Assembly (NCBI GenBank): GCA_000025185.1 | Contig: CP001848.1 | Span: forward strand, 5,130,001-5,162,000 | Source of the DNA: Pirellula staleyi DSM 6068 | GTDB taxonomy: Bacteria; Planctomycetota; Planctomycetia; Pirellulales; Pirellulaceae | Length of the DNA: 32,000 bases | Reading direction: 5' to 3' | Part shown: positions 8,942 to 17,751 of the stretch, in pieces | How the letters are laid out: every line of letters begins with the position of its first letter | How positions within the stretch are numbered: position 1 is the stretch's first letter | Notes under the pieces: model-generated | Database searches by the model: none | What the model was told of the DNA's origin: nothing | What the model saw: the letters and a program-made list of their open reading frames with translations, nothing else | Program-made: the position numbers and the translations under genes

Positions 8942-9322
8942 ATGTGCGATGAACACAACGATCTATCGCTTCAACTCTACGATGAAGCGTGCAAAAAAAT
9001 ACATGCAGGAGATTTCGCCGACGCAATTCAACTTTTTCGTCGCAGCTTGGAATTAGAGGTAAATTACAAATCACTTCTGCATCTGGGACGATGCTATCTA
9101 GAACTTGGGCAATACCGTGAAGCAATCGTCCCTCTGGCAGCAGCCACTACACTGAATGGGCAGGGTATCGCGCCCTATAACCTTGCCATCGTGATGCAGA
9201 ACCTAGGGGACCTAAATTTTGCGTTGAAACTGAGTGAACTCGCAGTAGCAAGGCAACCCGATTTGAGACGAGCACGCATTCTAATGGAAGAAATCAAAAT
9301 GAAGCTGGAAGAGCAGAAATAA
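8942..9322 (+). CDS. Small TPR-like protein (126 aa) in a low-GC islet
   Basis: ATG start. TPR-like helical repeats are present: AIQLFRRSLELEVNYKSLLHLGRCYLELGQYREAIVPL; APYNLAIVMQNLGDLNFALKLSELAVARQPD. Local G+C is 25, 28 and 25 per 60 nt for 8941-9120 by hand count, versus 36-39 per 60 in typical coding lines elsewhere. Confidence 0.55.
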   Translation: MCDEHNDLSLQLYDEACKKIHAGDFADAIQLFRRSLELEVNYKSLLHLGRCYLELGQYREAIVPLAAATTLNGQGIAPYNLAIVMQNLGDLNFALKLSELAVARQPDLRRARILMEEIKMKLEEQK

Positions 9323-9487
9323 CTCGCTCGAGTAATAGGCTGTCTATTGATCAATGTCAGGTGAAATTGGGTGGCTTTGTTGTGCCTAGCTCAACACAGA
9401 ATCGAGCGTTTCCAGTTCCTGGGCTTTCGACTACGTCGAGGCGCCCCGGCCCCCCAGCATGACATTGATTGCTAGACGAAGTCGTAG

Positions 9488-9509
9488 GTCAGGTACTCCC
9501 GTACCTGAC
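9488..9509. terminator. Stem-loop between convergent genes (possible terminator)
   Basis: GTCAGGTAC-TCCC-GTACCTGAC, a perfect 9-bp stem and 4-nt loop. It lies 36 nt past the minus-strand DUF1080 stop and is followed on the plus strand by AAAAGTTTTC. There is no clean U-tract on either strand. Confidence 0.35.
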
Positions 9510-9544
9510 AAAAGTTTTCATTACTCAAGGCAGAGTATTAGGAA

Positions 9545-10369
9545 TTAACTCAACTCGCGCACCTTGATGTTCTTCCAGCGGCATTTGGCGCCGATGGGCC
9601 AGTTGCCGCCGCCGTGAACTTGCACGGCGATGCTTCCTTCAGCGGTGAGCTGCTCGAGCACCTTTTCTTTGTCGTAGCGGGCGGCGGTCGATTTCTCCCC
9701 GTCGAACTCGCAGATTTTCACGTCGTTCAGATAGGTGGTGATCTTGGGATACTTCCCTTCGACGATCACGCGAGCGGTGTTCCAGTCGGCGATCTTCCAG
9801 GTCTTCACCCATGCTTCGGGGGTGCAGCTGTAGACGAGTCCCACTTCCTCCGCAGTCTTATGCTTGGAGGTTTTGTAGCCGATGTGCTTCTTCTCGGCGT
9901 CGTACTCGCCATCGATATCGAACGCGCGGGTGTTGAAGCCGCCGGTCCCTTCGCCGTAGATCTGACCGACGTTGCCTGCATCGTGATAGTCGACCATCAT
10001 CTGCAGGCATTGGCCTTTGTCGTTGGCGCGCAGAAACAGTCCCGAGCAGATCCCCCAGTCGGGCTTGAGATCGATCAGCAGTTCGAAGTTGCTGAACTTC
10101 CGATCGGTGAGCAGGATACCGCCGTTGCCACTGCCGGGTGGATCTTGCTCGCCGGTGATAGTTCCCTCTTCGACAGCCCAGATGCCACCGGTGCCGTGAC
10201 CGATTTTCGTGGGGTTCTTATGCCAGCCAGCGAGCGACTTGCCATCGAACAACTCGATCCAGGTATCTTTGGGCTCGGCAGCGTAGGCGAGAGAGCCGAC
10301 GACACTCGCCGCAGCGAGCGAGGCCACCGACGATTGAACGAACGTGCGACGCGAGATTTCGTGGGACAT
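9545..10369 (-). CDS. Exported DUF1080 (3-keto-disaccharide hydrolase-like) domain protein
   Basis: ATG 10369 gives a Tat-like signal: MSHEISRRTFVQSSVASLAAASVVGSLAYA. DUF1080-typical motifs follow: WIELFDGKSLAGWH, GIWAVEEGTITG, GILLTDRKFSNFEL, IAVQVHGGG, WKNIKVREL. Confidence 0.8.
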   Translation of the reverse strand: MSHEISRRTFVQSSVASLAAASVVGSLAYAAEPKDTWIELFDGKSLAGWHKNPTKIGHGTGGIWAVEEGTITGEQDPPGSGNGGILLTDRKFSNFELLIDLKPDWGICSGLFLRANDKGQCLQMMVDYHDAGNVGQIYGEGTGGFNTRAFDIDGEYDAEKKHIGYKTSKHKTAEEVGLVYSCTPEAWVKTWKIADWNTARVIVEGKYPKITTYLNDVKICEFDGEKSTAARYDKEKVLEQLTAEGSIAVQVHGGGNWPIGAKCRWKNIKVRELS

Positions 10370-10695
10370 GGGAGAGCGTTCTTTCACGAAGCGTAAGGAG
10401 ATGATCGGCTGCAAGCAACGAGGCTCGGCAGCAGCGATCGAAAGAGGACACAATCAGCAGCCACCGGGAGCATACTCCGGCCGATCCGGGGGTTCAATTC
10501 CGGCGAGAAACGGACGATCTTCGTGCACGCAGGAACTCGCGCGAAATCAAGCTAAATCGGCCCGTTTTGCGTGAATTTAATCGAGGAGATTCTTTTAGGA
10601 ATTCCCCAATAATTGGCTCCTGCTGCGCATCTTTGCTAGGCTACCTTCGCGCCCACACTTTTCCATCACTTCTCCCATCTCTCCTCAGGTTGGTG

Positions 10696-12231
10696 ATGTT
10701 GCACGACGTACGTTGGTCGATTCGCGTGGCTTGGGTTCTGTCGGCTGTCGCCTACAGCCTCACGCCCGGTTGGACGTTGGCGTCTGATGCCAACATAAGC
10801 ACGCCGAAGAAGCGGCCCCACATTTTGTTCATCGCCATCGATGACCAAAACGACTGGATCGGCCATCTTGGCGGGCATCCTTACGCGAAAACACCTCATC
10901 TCGATGCGCTCGCTGCGCGGGGGACGACGCTCGCCAACGCCCATTGCCAAGCGCCGCTCTGCAATCCGTCGCGCACCAGTTTGATGTTTGGCCTGCGCCC
11001 CACTTCGACCGGCATCTACGGCCTAGCGCCTTGGATTCGAACGCTCCCGGAGTTTGAAAAACGGGTCTCGCTGCCACAGTATTTGCAGCAGCACGGCTAT
11101 CGCACCCTCACCACGGGCAAGATCTATCACGGCGGCCTAGGGCCGAAAAAAAGACTCGAAGAATTCGACGTTTGGGGCCCCGCTGGTGGCATCGGCGCGA
11201 AGCCTGAAAAAAAACTGATCCCGCCCACACCCATGGGAAATCATCCGCTGATGGACTGGGGAAAATTCGATCATCGCGACGAGGATAAAGGGGACTACCA
11301 AATCACCAGTTGGGCAATCGAGCAGCTCGACGATCAAGTGCAGCACCACGCCGAAACGCCGATGTTCCTTTCGGTTGGCTATTTTCTTCCGCATGTTCCC
11401 TGCTTTATTTCTCCGAAGTGGTACGACGAAGTTCCTCAAGGTGACAAACTCCTGCCACTGGTTGCCGCTGACGATCGTAGCGACATCCCACGTTTTGCCT
11501 GGTACCTCCACTGGTCGCTACCCGAGCCTCGGCTGAAATGGGTGGAGGATCATCGTCAGTGGGAAAATCTAGTGCGGTCGTATCTCGCGAGCACTACGTT
11601 CGTCGACGCTCAAATCGGTCGATTGCTTACGGCTCTTGAGGAGCGCAAGCTGGCCGACGACACCATCGTGGTGGTGTGGGGCGATCATGGCTGGCACTTG
11701 GGTGAAAAAGGGATCACCGGTAAGAACACGCTGTGGGAACGGAGCACGCGCGTGCCACTCATCTTTGCCGGACCGGGTATCACTCCGAAGCAAGTGTGCG
11801 GTGAACCTGCGGAGCTGCTCGATATCTTCCCCACACTCGTCGAGCTTGCAGGACTTCCACCACGCAACGACCTCGAAGGGCACTCCCTTGCGCCGCAACT
11901 CCGCGACGCGAGCCGCCAGCGCGAGTGGCCTGCGATAACATCGCACAATCAAGGGAATCATGCCATTCGTTCGGCACGATATCGCTATATCACCTACGCC
12001 GATGGGAGCGAAGAACTCTACGACATGCAGAGCGACCCACGCGAGCTCACGAACTTGGCGAGCGACAGCACATGGGCCAGCGTCATCGCCGACCATCGCC
12101 GCTGGCTACCCAAAATGGATCGCGAGCCAGCGAAGGGGAGCGCTCATCGGGTTTTAACCTACGACAAAGCGACTGACACTGCGACCTGGGAAGGGACGCC
12201 CGTGAAACGCTCTGATCCGATTCCGCAGTAG
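10696..12231 (+). CDS. Exported Cys-type sulfatase (S1 family)
   Basis: Signal-like N-terminus from ATG 10696. Contains ILFIAIDDQNDW and the FGly motif C-N-P-S-R (LCNPSRTSLMFG, nt 10960-10974). Downstream motifs: VVVWGDHGWHLGEKG, DIFPTLVELAG. Confidence 0.9.
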   Translation: MLHDVRWSIRVAWVLSAVAYSLTPGWTLASDANISTPKKRPHILFIAIDDQNDWIGHLGGHPYAKTPHLDALAARGTTLANAHCQAPLCNPSRTSLMFGLRPTSTGIYGLAPWIRTLPEFEKRVSLPQYLQQHGYRTLTTGKIYHGGLGPKKRLEEFDVWGPAGGIGAKPEKKLIPPTPMGNHPLMDWGKFDHRDEDKGDYQITSWAIEQLDDQVQHHAETPMFLSVGYFLPHVPCFISPKWYDEVPQGDKLLPLVAADDRSDIPRFAWYLHWSLPEPRLKWVEDHRQWENLVRSYLASTTFVDAQIGRLLTALEERKLADDTIVVVWGDHGWHLGEKGITGKNTLWERSTRVPLIFAGPGITPKQVCGEPAELLDIFPTLVELAGLPPRNDLEGHSLAPQLRDASRQREWPAITSHNQGNHAIRSARYRYITYADGSEELYDMQSDPRELTNLASDSTWASVIADHRRWLPKMDREPAKGSAHRVLTYDKATDTATWEGTPVKRSDPIPQ

Positions 12232-12288
12232 CACTTCGCTGCGATGCGCCCCTCTTTCCACGTACTTTCGAAACGAAGCTGAACTGCT

Positions 12289-13821
12289 ATGTCGCTGCAA
12301 ACTCGCACTTTTCATTTCGTTTTGCGCATCGCTCCACTGCTGCTCGCTGCGGTGAGCTGGGGGAGCGGCACAGCGACAGCCGACGAGAGAGCGGCACCTC
12401 AAGTGCGGCCGAATGTACTGCTGATTGCGATCGATGATCTGCGCGGCGATTTTGGTCCGTCAATAGACTTGAAAGTTCGCACGCCGTCGCTCGATGCTTT
12501 TGCGAAAACGGCACGGATCTTTGCGCAGCACTATGTGCAGGTTCCCACCTGTGGCGCGTCGCGCTGTGCGCTGCTGCGAGGCTGTTATCCGACGCTTCCC
12601 GTTCATCTGTCGAACAACGCAATCACCAGCACGAGCGCCAACTGGCGCGACGACTCTCTCCCCGGATGTTTTCGCCGCGCTGGCTACACCACGCTGGCCC
12701 TCGGCAAAGTATCGCATCACCCAGGGGGCAAGACCGGGAAAGACTGGGCTGTAGGAAAAGAAGAACTCGAAGGCGTGTGGGATCGCTGCTGGATTCCGAA
12801 GTCGCCGTGGAAAAGCCCCGAAGCATTCATGCACGGCTATGCCAATGGCGAAGCGCGACAGCGTGGTGTGAGCCCACCTTTCCAAAGTGTCGCGGGAGAT
12901 GATCACAGCTGCACCGATGCCTACATCGCCGACGAAGCGATCAGCACGCTCGAATCGCTGAAGTCTGCCAAGAGCGAACAGCCGTTCTTTTTGGCGGTTG
13001 GCTTCATGAAGCCACACCTCCCCTTTGTCGCGCCGCAAAAGTATGTCGATCTCCATCCAGTTGCAAACATTCCCATTCTTGATCAAGCTGCGGCGAGCAA
13101 GCCAAACTGGAACAGCCGCTGGCATGGAAGTGGCGAATTACGAGCTAGTTACAGGGAAAATGGCCGAACGATCGAGCAGCAGGAATACGTGCAGCAGCTG
13201 CGGCAAATGTACGCAGCTGCTGTCAGCTACGTCGATGCGCAGATCGGCCGCGTGCTGGCCGAACTAGAGTCGTCGGGCCTCGCCAAAAACACCATTGTGG
13301 TGGTGTGGGGAGATCATGGTTTTCTGCTCGGCGAGCACGCGATGTGGGGGAAGCATTGCTTGTATGAAAACGCACTGCGCGCCCCCCTGGTGATTCGTAC
13401 TCCCGATCTCCTCGAACCAGGGGCGTCGACAAAATCGATTGTCGAGACGATCGACATTTTTCCAACACTTGTCGAGCTCTGCCAACTTCCCCGGCCAGCG
13501 AAGCTCGATGGGACGTCGCTCGTTGCCGAACTGCGCGACCCCGCGACTATGCACCAAACGACCGCCGTGAGTTACTGGAGCGGCGCGACGCGCACGATTC
13601 GATCGGCCACGCATCGCCTTATCACAGACGCCACACAAGACAAGCCAGAGCTGTTCGACTACGCCAGTGATCCGCTCGAGACGCAGAACCATGCCAACGA
13701 CGCTCCCGAAGTGGCTCGCAAACTTGAAGAACAACTTGCAAAGTTTCCGGTCGTTACTCCACCGGTTCGCCCAATGGTCGAAGCTCCCCAGAAGACAAAT
13801 TCTCCAAGCGATCGTCCTTAG
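12289..13821 (+). CDS. Exported Cys-type sulfatase (S1 family), CxAxR variant
   Basis: Has a signal peptide, VLLIAIDDLRGD, and the FGly motif C-G-A-S-R (nt 12550-12564). Also VVVWGDHGFLLGEHAMWGK, DIFPTLVELC. Confidence 0.9.
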   Translation: MSLQTRTFHFVLRIAPLLLAAVSWGSGTATADERAAPQVRPNVLLIAIDDLRGDFGPSIDLKVRTPSLDAFAKTARIFAQHYVQVPTCGASRCALLRGCYPTLPVHLSNNAITSTSANWRDDSLPGCFRRAGYTTLALGKVSHHPGGKTGKDWAVGKEELEGVWDRCWIPKSPWKSPEAFMHGYANGEARQRGVSPPFQSVAGDDHSCTDAYIADEAISTLESLKSAKSEQPFFLAVGFMKPHLPFVAPQKYVDLHPVANIPILDQAAASKPNWNSRWHGSGELRASYRENGRTIEQQEYVQQLRQMYAAAVSYVDAQIGRVLAELESSGLAKNTIVVVWGDHGFLLGEHAMWGKHCLYENALRAPLVIRTPDLLEPGASTKSIVETIDIFPTLVELCQLPRPAKLDGTSLVAELRDPATMHQTTAVSYWSGATRTIRSATHRLITDATQDKPELFDYASDPLETQNHANDAPEVARKLEEQLAKFPVVTPPVRPMVEAPQKTNSPSDRP

Positions 13822-13885
13822 TGTTTTCATTTTACACTCAAGATCCTCTCTGCCGCTTTACTCATCCTTGCCAAGGATTCGCATC

Positions 13886-15358
13886 ATGTCCCGATCTTCC
13901 TGGTGCTCGCTACTCATCCCTCTCGCGCTTGTTGTGGGAGTGCTCAGCAGCACAGCTTGGGCCGGAGAAAAGCAGCCTTCCTCCACTGCCTTGAAGCCGA
14001 ACGTGGTCTTCCTTTTCGCCGACGATTTGTCGTACGAGGCGCTCGCCTATGCCGGGAATGGGCAGGTAAAGACACCGAACCTCGACCGGCTCGCGAAACA
14101 AGGAACTTCGTTTTCCCATGCATACAACATGGGCTCGTTTAGTCCTGCCGTTTGCATTGCGAGTCGTTCGATGCTCGTGACGGGGCGCAGTGTGTGGAAG
14201 GCCCAAACACTGCATGCGGCGGGGGGAAAAGAACCGAAAAACGTGGTGCTTTGGCCGCGCCAGATGCACGGCGCCGGCTATCAAACATTCATCACCGGCA
14301 AGTGGCATGTCCCTTGGAATCCGATGCTGGCTTTCGATGTCACAGCGCATGTGCGCGGCGGCATGCCCAAGGATGTTCCGTCGTTCTACGATCGTCCGCA
14401 TTCGGATAAGCCCGACACGTTCGACCCTGCTAATCCGGGGAATGGTGGCTATTGGCAAGGGGGAAAACATTGGTCGGAAGTGACTGCCGACGATGCCGTG
14501 GAGTTCTTCTCGGCCTCGCGCGACAAATCGCGTCCCTGTTTCATGTACGTGGCGTTCAATGCCCCGCATGATCCGCGACAAGCGCCTCAAACCTACCTCG
14601 ATCGCTATCCAACCGAGACGATCGAAGTGCCGAAGGATTTTCAGCCTCTCTATCCCGAGCGCGCAAGCATCGGCGCGGATGAAAAACTGCGCGATGAAAA
14701 ACTAGCTCCGTTCCCACGCACGGAGTTTGCTGTGCGAACGCATCGCCGCGAATACTACGCGCTAATCACCCATCTCGACGATCAGATCGGACGGATACTC
14801 GATGCCATCGAACAAACAAAATCAGATCGTCCCACGATGGTGATGTTCACCGCCGATCATGGACTCGCTTGTGGCCACCATGGGCTGATGGGAAAGCAAA
14901 ACATGTATGACCATAGCATCCGTGTGCCGCTGATCATTGCTGGCGAAAATATTCCGCAAGGTAAAACGATCGATGTGCCGGTCTACCTTCAGGATGTGAT
15001 GCCGACTGCGCTCGAACTTGCGGGAGTCGCTCCGGGACCAGAAGTTCATTTTCATAGCCTGCTGCCGATCGTGCGTGGAGAGCAGAAAGTTTCGAATTAT
15101 CCCGCGATTTACAGTAGCTACCTGAATCTGCAGCGTTGCGTGGTGAAGGATGGATTTAAGCTCGTAGTCTATCCCGCGCTACCTGCGGCCAAACTGTTTG
15201 ATCTGCAGCACGATCCACTCGAACTGAGCGATTTATCAGCCGACCCGAATCACGCCACGCGTAAAGAGCAGCTGTTCGACGCACTCGTTGCCGAAGCGGA
15301 GTCGATCAGTGATCCACTCGATTTAGCTGCGGCGCGCAAGAAGCTGTTCCCGCAGTAG
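13886..15358 (+). CDS. Exported Cys-type sulfatase (S1 family), CxAxR variant
   Basis: ATG 13886 gives the signal MSRSSWCSLLIPLALVVGVLSSTAWA. Contains VVFLFADDLSYE and the FGly motif C-I-A-S-R (nt 14153-14167). Also FTADHGLACGHHGLMGK. The ORF-track start at 13667 overlaps the previous gene and is rejected. Confidence 0.9.
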   Translation: MSRSSWCSLLIPLALVVGVLSSTAWAGEKQPSSTALKPNVVFLFADDLSYEALAYAGNGQVKTPNLDRLAKQGTSFSHAYNMGSFSPAVCIASRSMLVTGRSVWKAQTLHAAGGKEPKNVVLWPRQMHGAGYQTFITGKWHVPWNPMLAFDVTAHVRGGMPKDVPSFYDRPHSDKPDTFDPANPGNGGYWQGGKHWSEVTADDAVEFFSASRDKSRPCFMYVAFNAPHDPRQAPQTYLDRYPTETIEVPKDFQPLYPERASIGADEKLRDEKLAPFPRTEFAVRTHRREYYALITHLDDQIGRILDAIEQTKSDRPTMVMFTADHGLACGHHGLMGKQNMYDHSIRVPLIIAGENIPQGKTIDVPVYLQDVMPTALELAGVAPGPEVHFHSLLPIVRGEQKVSNYPAIYSSYLNLQRCVVKDGFKLVVYPALPAAKLFDLQHDPLELSDLSADPNHATRKEQLFDALVAEAESISDPLDLAAARKKLFPQ

Positions 15359-15417
15359 TCAAGTTGACTGTAGACCGCGACTCTCGTCTCAATCCTCTCG
15401 ATCTCGATGGATCACCT

Positions 15418-17751
15418 ATGTCTTGCTCGAAGAACAAACATCCTGCTGACCAGCTCACCGTAGGAAGACGCAGTTTTCTGGCGGCTTCGGGTGTAGTAGC
15501 GGCCGCGATTGCCACACCTTCCAATCTGCGTGGCGCAGCGGCTGATGAAGTCGTGTTTGCGAGCGCATTTCACGATACGCCCGATCGCGTTTGGCCCGGT
15601 CCTCTGTACTGGACCAACCCACTGCAAGACTGGCGCATCGCCGAGGGACGTCTCGAATGCATTAACGCGGCGCCAGGGCGAAATATTCATTTGCTCTCGC
15701 ACGACATTGCCAGTGGAGCAGGGGAGTTTGTCGCTGAAGTGACCCTCGGATCACTCGACGCGGAGCAACTGAGCGACAGCAAGGGCTCGGCCGGATTCTT
15801 GCTTGGCGTAAAGGGAGAACTACCCGACTATCGGCATCACTTGATTTATGGACGCGGTATTTTTGCCGGTATTCGAGCGGGCAACGAACTCGTGATTGGC
15901 AACGGCCCCCAAGCACCGAAAGTCAAACTCGATCTTGCGAGTTCCTCGGTAAAGCTGATCCTCCGCGCGTCGCTGGACGAAGATGGCATGAAGCCAGTCG
16001 TCAGTCTCGAAGCGATCGATCCCACGACTGATACACTCCTCGCCACGGTGACGCACAAGCAGCTCGCCGCTGTCGATATCGCTGGCAATGCCGTGCTTAC
16101 CGCCAATTTTGCTCCCCCAGCTCCAACCGGAAAGAAAAACGCTGGCACGGCGAGTGGCCCACCCGAGCGCTGGTGGTTTAATCACTGGAAACTGAGTGGA
16201 TCGCTGGTTCGATATCATGCCGATCGTCACTTCGGCCCGATCTGTTTTGTGCACTTCACGCTGCACGATCGTCAGCTGAAACTCACCGCGCAGCTGGCGC
16301 CACTGGGAGAGTTCGACTCTCCCACCGTCTCGCTGCAATTCCCCGGTGCAGCCGCCGAGAGCAAGCCCATCGTCGCGAAGATCGATCCTGCTTCGCGCAC
16401 CGCGCACTTTGCCACTAAAGAAATTGATCCGGCACTCGATACCAAGTTTCAGCTCACTACCTACCTGACCTCGAAGAGTGGGAAACAAACGGAGTATTCC
16501 TACGAAGGTATCGTCCGCCGCGAGCCCAAGCACGACGAACCACTGAAAGTGGCTGACATCTCTTGCAACGCACACTATGCCTTTCCGAATATCGAGTGTG
16601 CTGCTGCGGTGGCGAAGCTCGATCCCGATCTCATCGCGTTCACGGGGGATCAGTACTACGAACCGAGTGGCGGTTTCGGCGTTGATCGATCGAGCATCGA
16701 GCGCTCGCTGCTCGACGTACTCCGTAAATGGATGCTGCATGGCTGGACATGGCACGAACTCACGCGCTCGCGCCCCTCGATTTCCATTCCCGATGATCAC
16801 GATGTGTACCACGGAAACTTGTGGGGCGAAGGTGGAAAAGAAGCACCCGGCACAGTCCCCGCTTCCGAAGCCAAAGGTGGCTATAAGATGTTCGCCGAGT
16901 TTGTGAACGTGGTGCATCGCCAGCAGACTTCGCACCATCCCGACTCCCCCGCGAAGCCTGAAAAGCAAGGAATTACTGGCTATTTTGGGCCTCTCACTTG
17001 GGGCGGCGTCAGCTTCGCGATTCTTGCAGATCGCCAGTACAAGAGTGGTCCCGATGGCAAAGTTCCTGCCACGACGAGTGGACGAGCTGACCATGTGAAC
17101 GATCCGAACTTCGATCCGTCGACCGCCGATCTCGATGGGCTCAGCTTGCTCGGTGAGCAGCAGATGAAGTTCCTGAAAGCATGGACGACCGATTGGCGTG
17201 GGGCCGCCATGAAAGCGGTCATTTCGCAAACGATCTTCACGGCGATGGCAACGCATCATGGTCAGAACAACAACCTTCTCGTGGCCGACTATGACACGAA
17301 CGCTTGGCCGCAGAAAGCACGCAACAGCGCAGTCGATCTTCTGCGACAATCGGCTGCAGTGCATCTCGCAGGGGATCAACATCTTCCTGCCGTGGTGCGC
17401 TATGGCACCACTGAAGCACGCGACGGTGGTTTTGCCTTTGCTTCCCCTGCGGTCAACAACCTCTATCCACGATGGTTTTTGCCTCAGCAACCGGGCGAGA
17501 ATCGGAAGGCCGACGATGACGGCCATCTCGGCGACTTTCGCGACAGCTTTGGACATCCGCTGACTGTGGTAGCGGTCGCTAATCCAGCCCTCACTTTCGC
17601 AGGTGGCTTGCTCGAGCGAGAAGTACAAAAATCGGCCGGCTATGGACTCGTAACGTTCGACAAACAGCAACGCAAGATCGAAATCGGGATGCTGGCCCGC
17701 TGCTGGTCGATCCGACGGAAGAAAATTCGCAGTTTGCAGGATGGCCAGTGA
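15418..17751 (+). CDS. Tat-exported PhoD-like metallophosphoesterase with a ~380-aa N-terminal domain of unknown function; the C-terminus appears frame-broken
   Basis: ATG 15418. Tat motif GRRSFLAASGVVAAA. PhoD/calcineurin-like motifs: FTGDQYYE, IPDDHDVYHGNLWG, HLAGDQHLPAVV. The last ~20 residues (MLARCWSIRRKKIRSLQDGQ) look non-native; see the finding at 17583-18026. Confidence 0.7.
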   Translation: MSCSKNKHPADQLTVGRRSFLAASGVVAAAIATPSNLRGAAADEVVFASAFHDTPDRVWPGPLYWTNPLQDWRIAEGRLECINAAPGRNIHLLSHDIASGAGEFVAEVTLGSLDAEQLSDSKGSAGFLLGVKGELPDYRHHLIYGRGIFAGIRAGNELVIGNGPQAPKVKLDLASSSVKLILRASLDEDGMKPVVSLEAIDPTTDTLLATVTHKQLAAVDIAGNAVLTANFAPPAPTGKKNAGTASGPPERWWFNHWKLSGSLVRYHADRHFGPICFVHFTLHDRQLKLTAQLAPLGEFDSPTVSLQFPGAAAESKPIVAKIDPASRTAHFATKEIDPALDTKFQLTTYLTSKSGKQTEYSYEGIVRREPKHDEPLKVADISCNAHYAFPNIECAAAVAKLDPDLIAFTGDQYYEPSGGFGVDRSSIERSLLDVLRKWMLHGWTWHELTRSRPSISIPDDHDVYHGNLWGEGGKEAPGTVPASEAKGGYKMFAEFVNVVHRQQTSHHPDSPAKPEKQGITGYFGPLTWGGVSFAILADRQYKSGPDGKVPATTSGRADHVNDPNFDPSTADLDGLSLLGEQQMKFLKAWTTDWRGAAMKAVISQTIFTAMATHHGQNNNLLVADYDTNAWPQKARNSAVDLLRQSAAVHLAGDQHLPAVVRYGTTEARDGGFAFASPAVNNLYPRWFLPQQPGENRKADDDGHLGDFRDSFGHPLTVVAVANPALTFAGGLLEREVQKSAGYGLVTFDKQQRKIEIGMLARCWSIRRKKIRSLQDGQ

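Noticed and set aside
10486-10505. tRNA T-loop-like sequence GGTTCAATTCC
   Set aside because: The flanking bases do not form a 5-bp T-stem (GGGGG vs CCGGC fails at the third pair). No acceptor, anticodon or D arms can be built around it.
15820-17670. 616-aa ORF on the minus strand, antisense to the PhoD-like gene
   Set aside because: Its translation is Arg/Gly/Ser-rich junk with no motifs, while the plus-strand frame has clear Tat and PhoD motifs. Long antisense ORFs are expected in GC-rich coding DNA.
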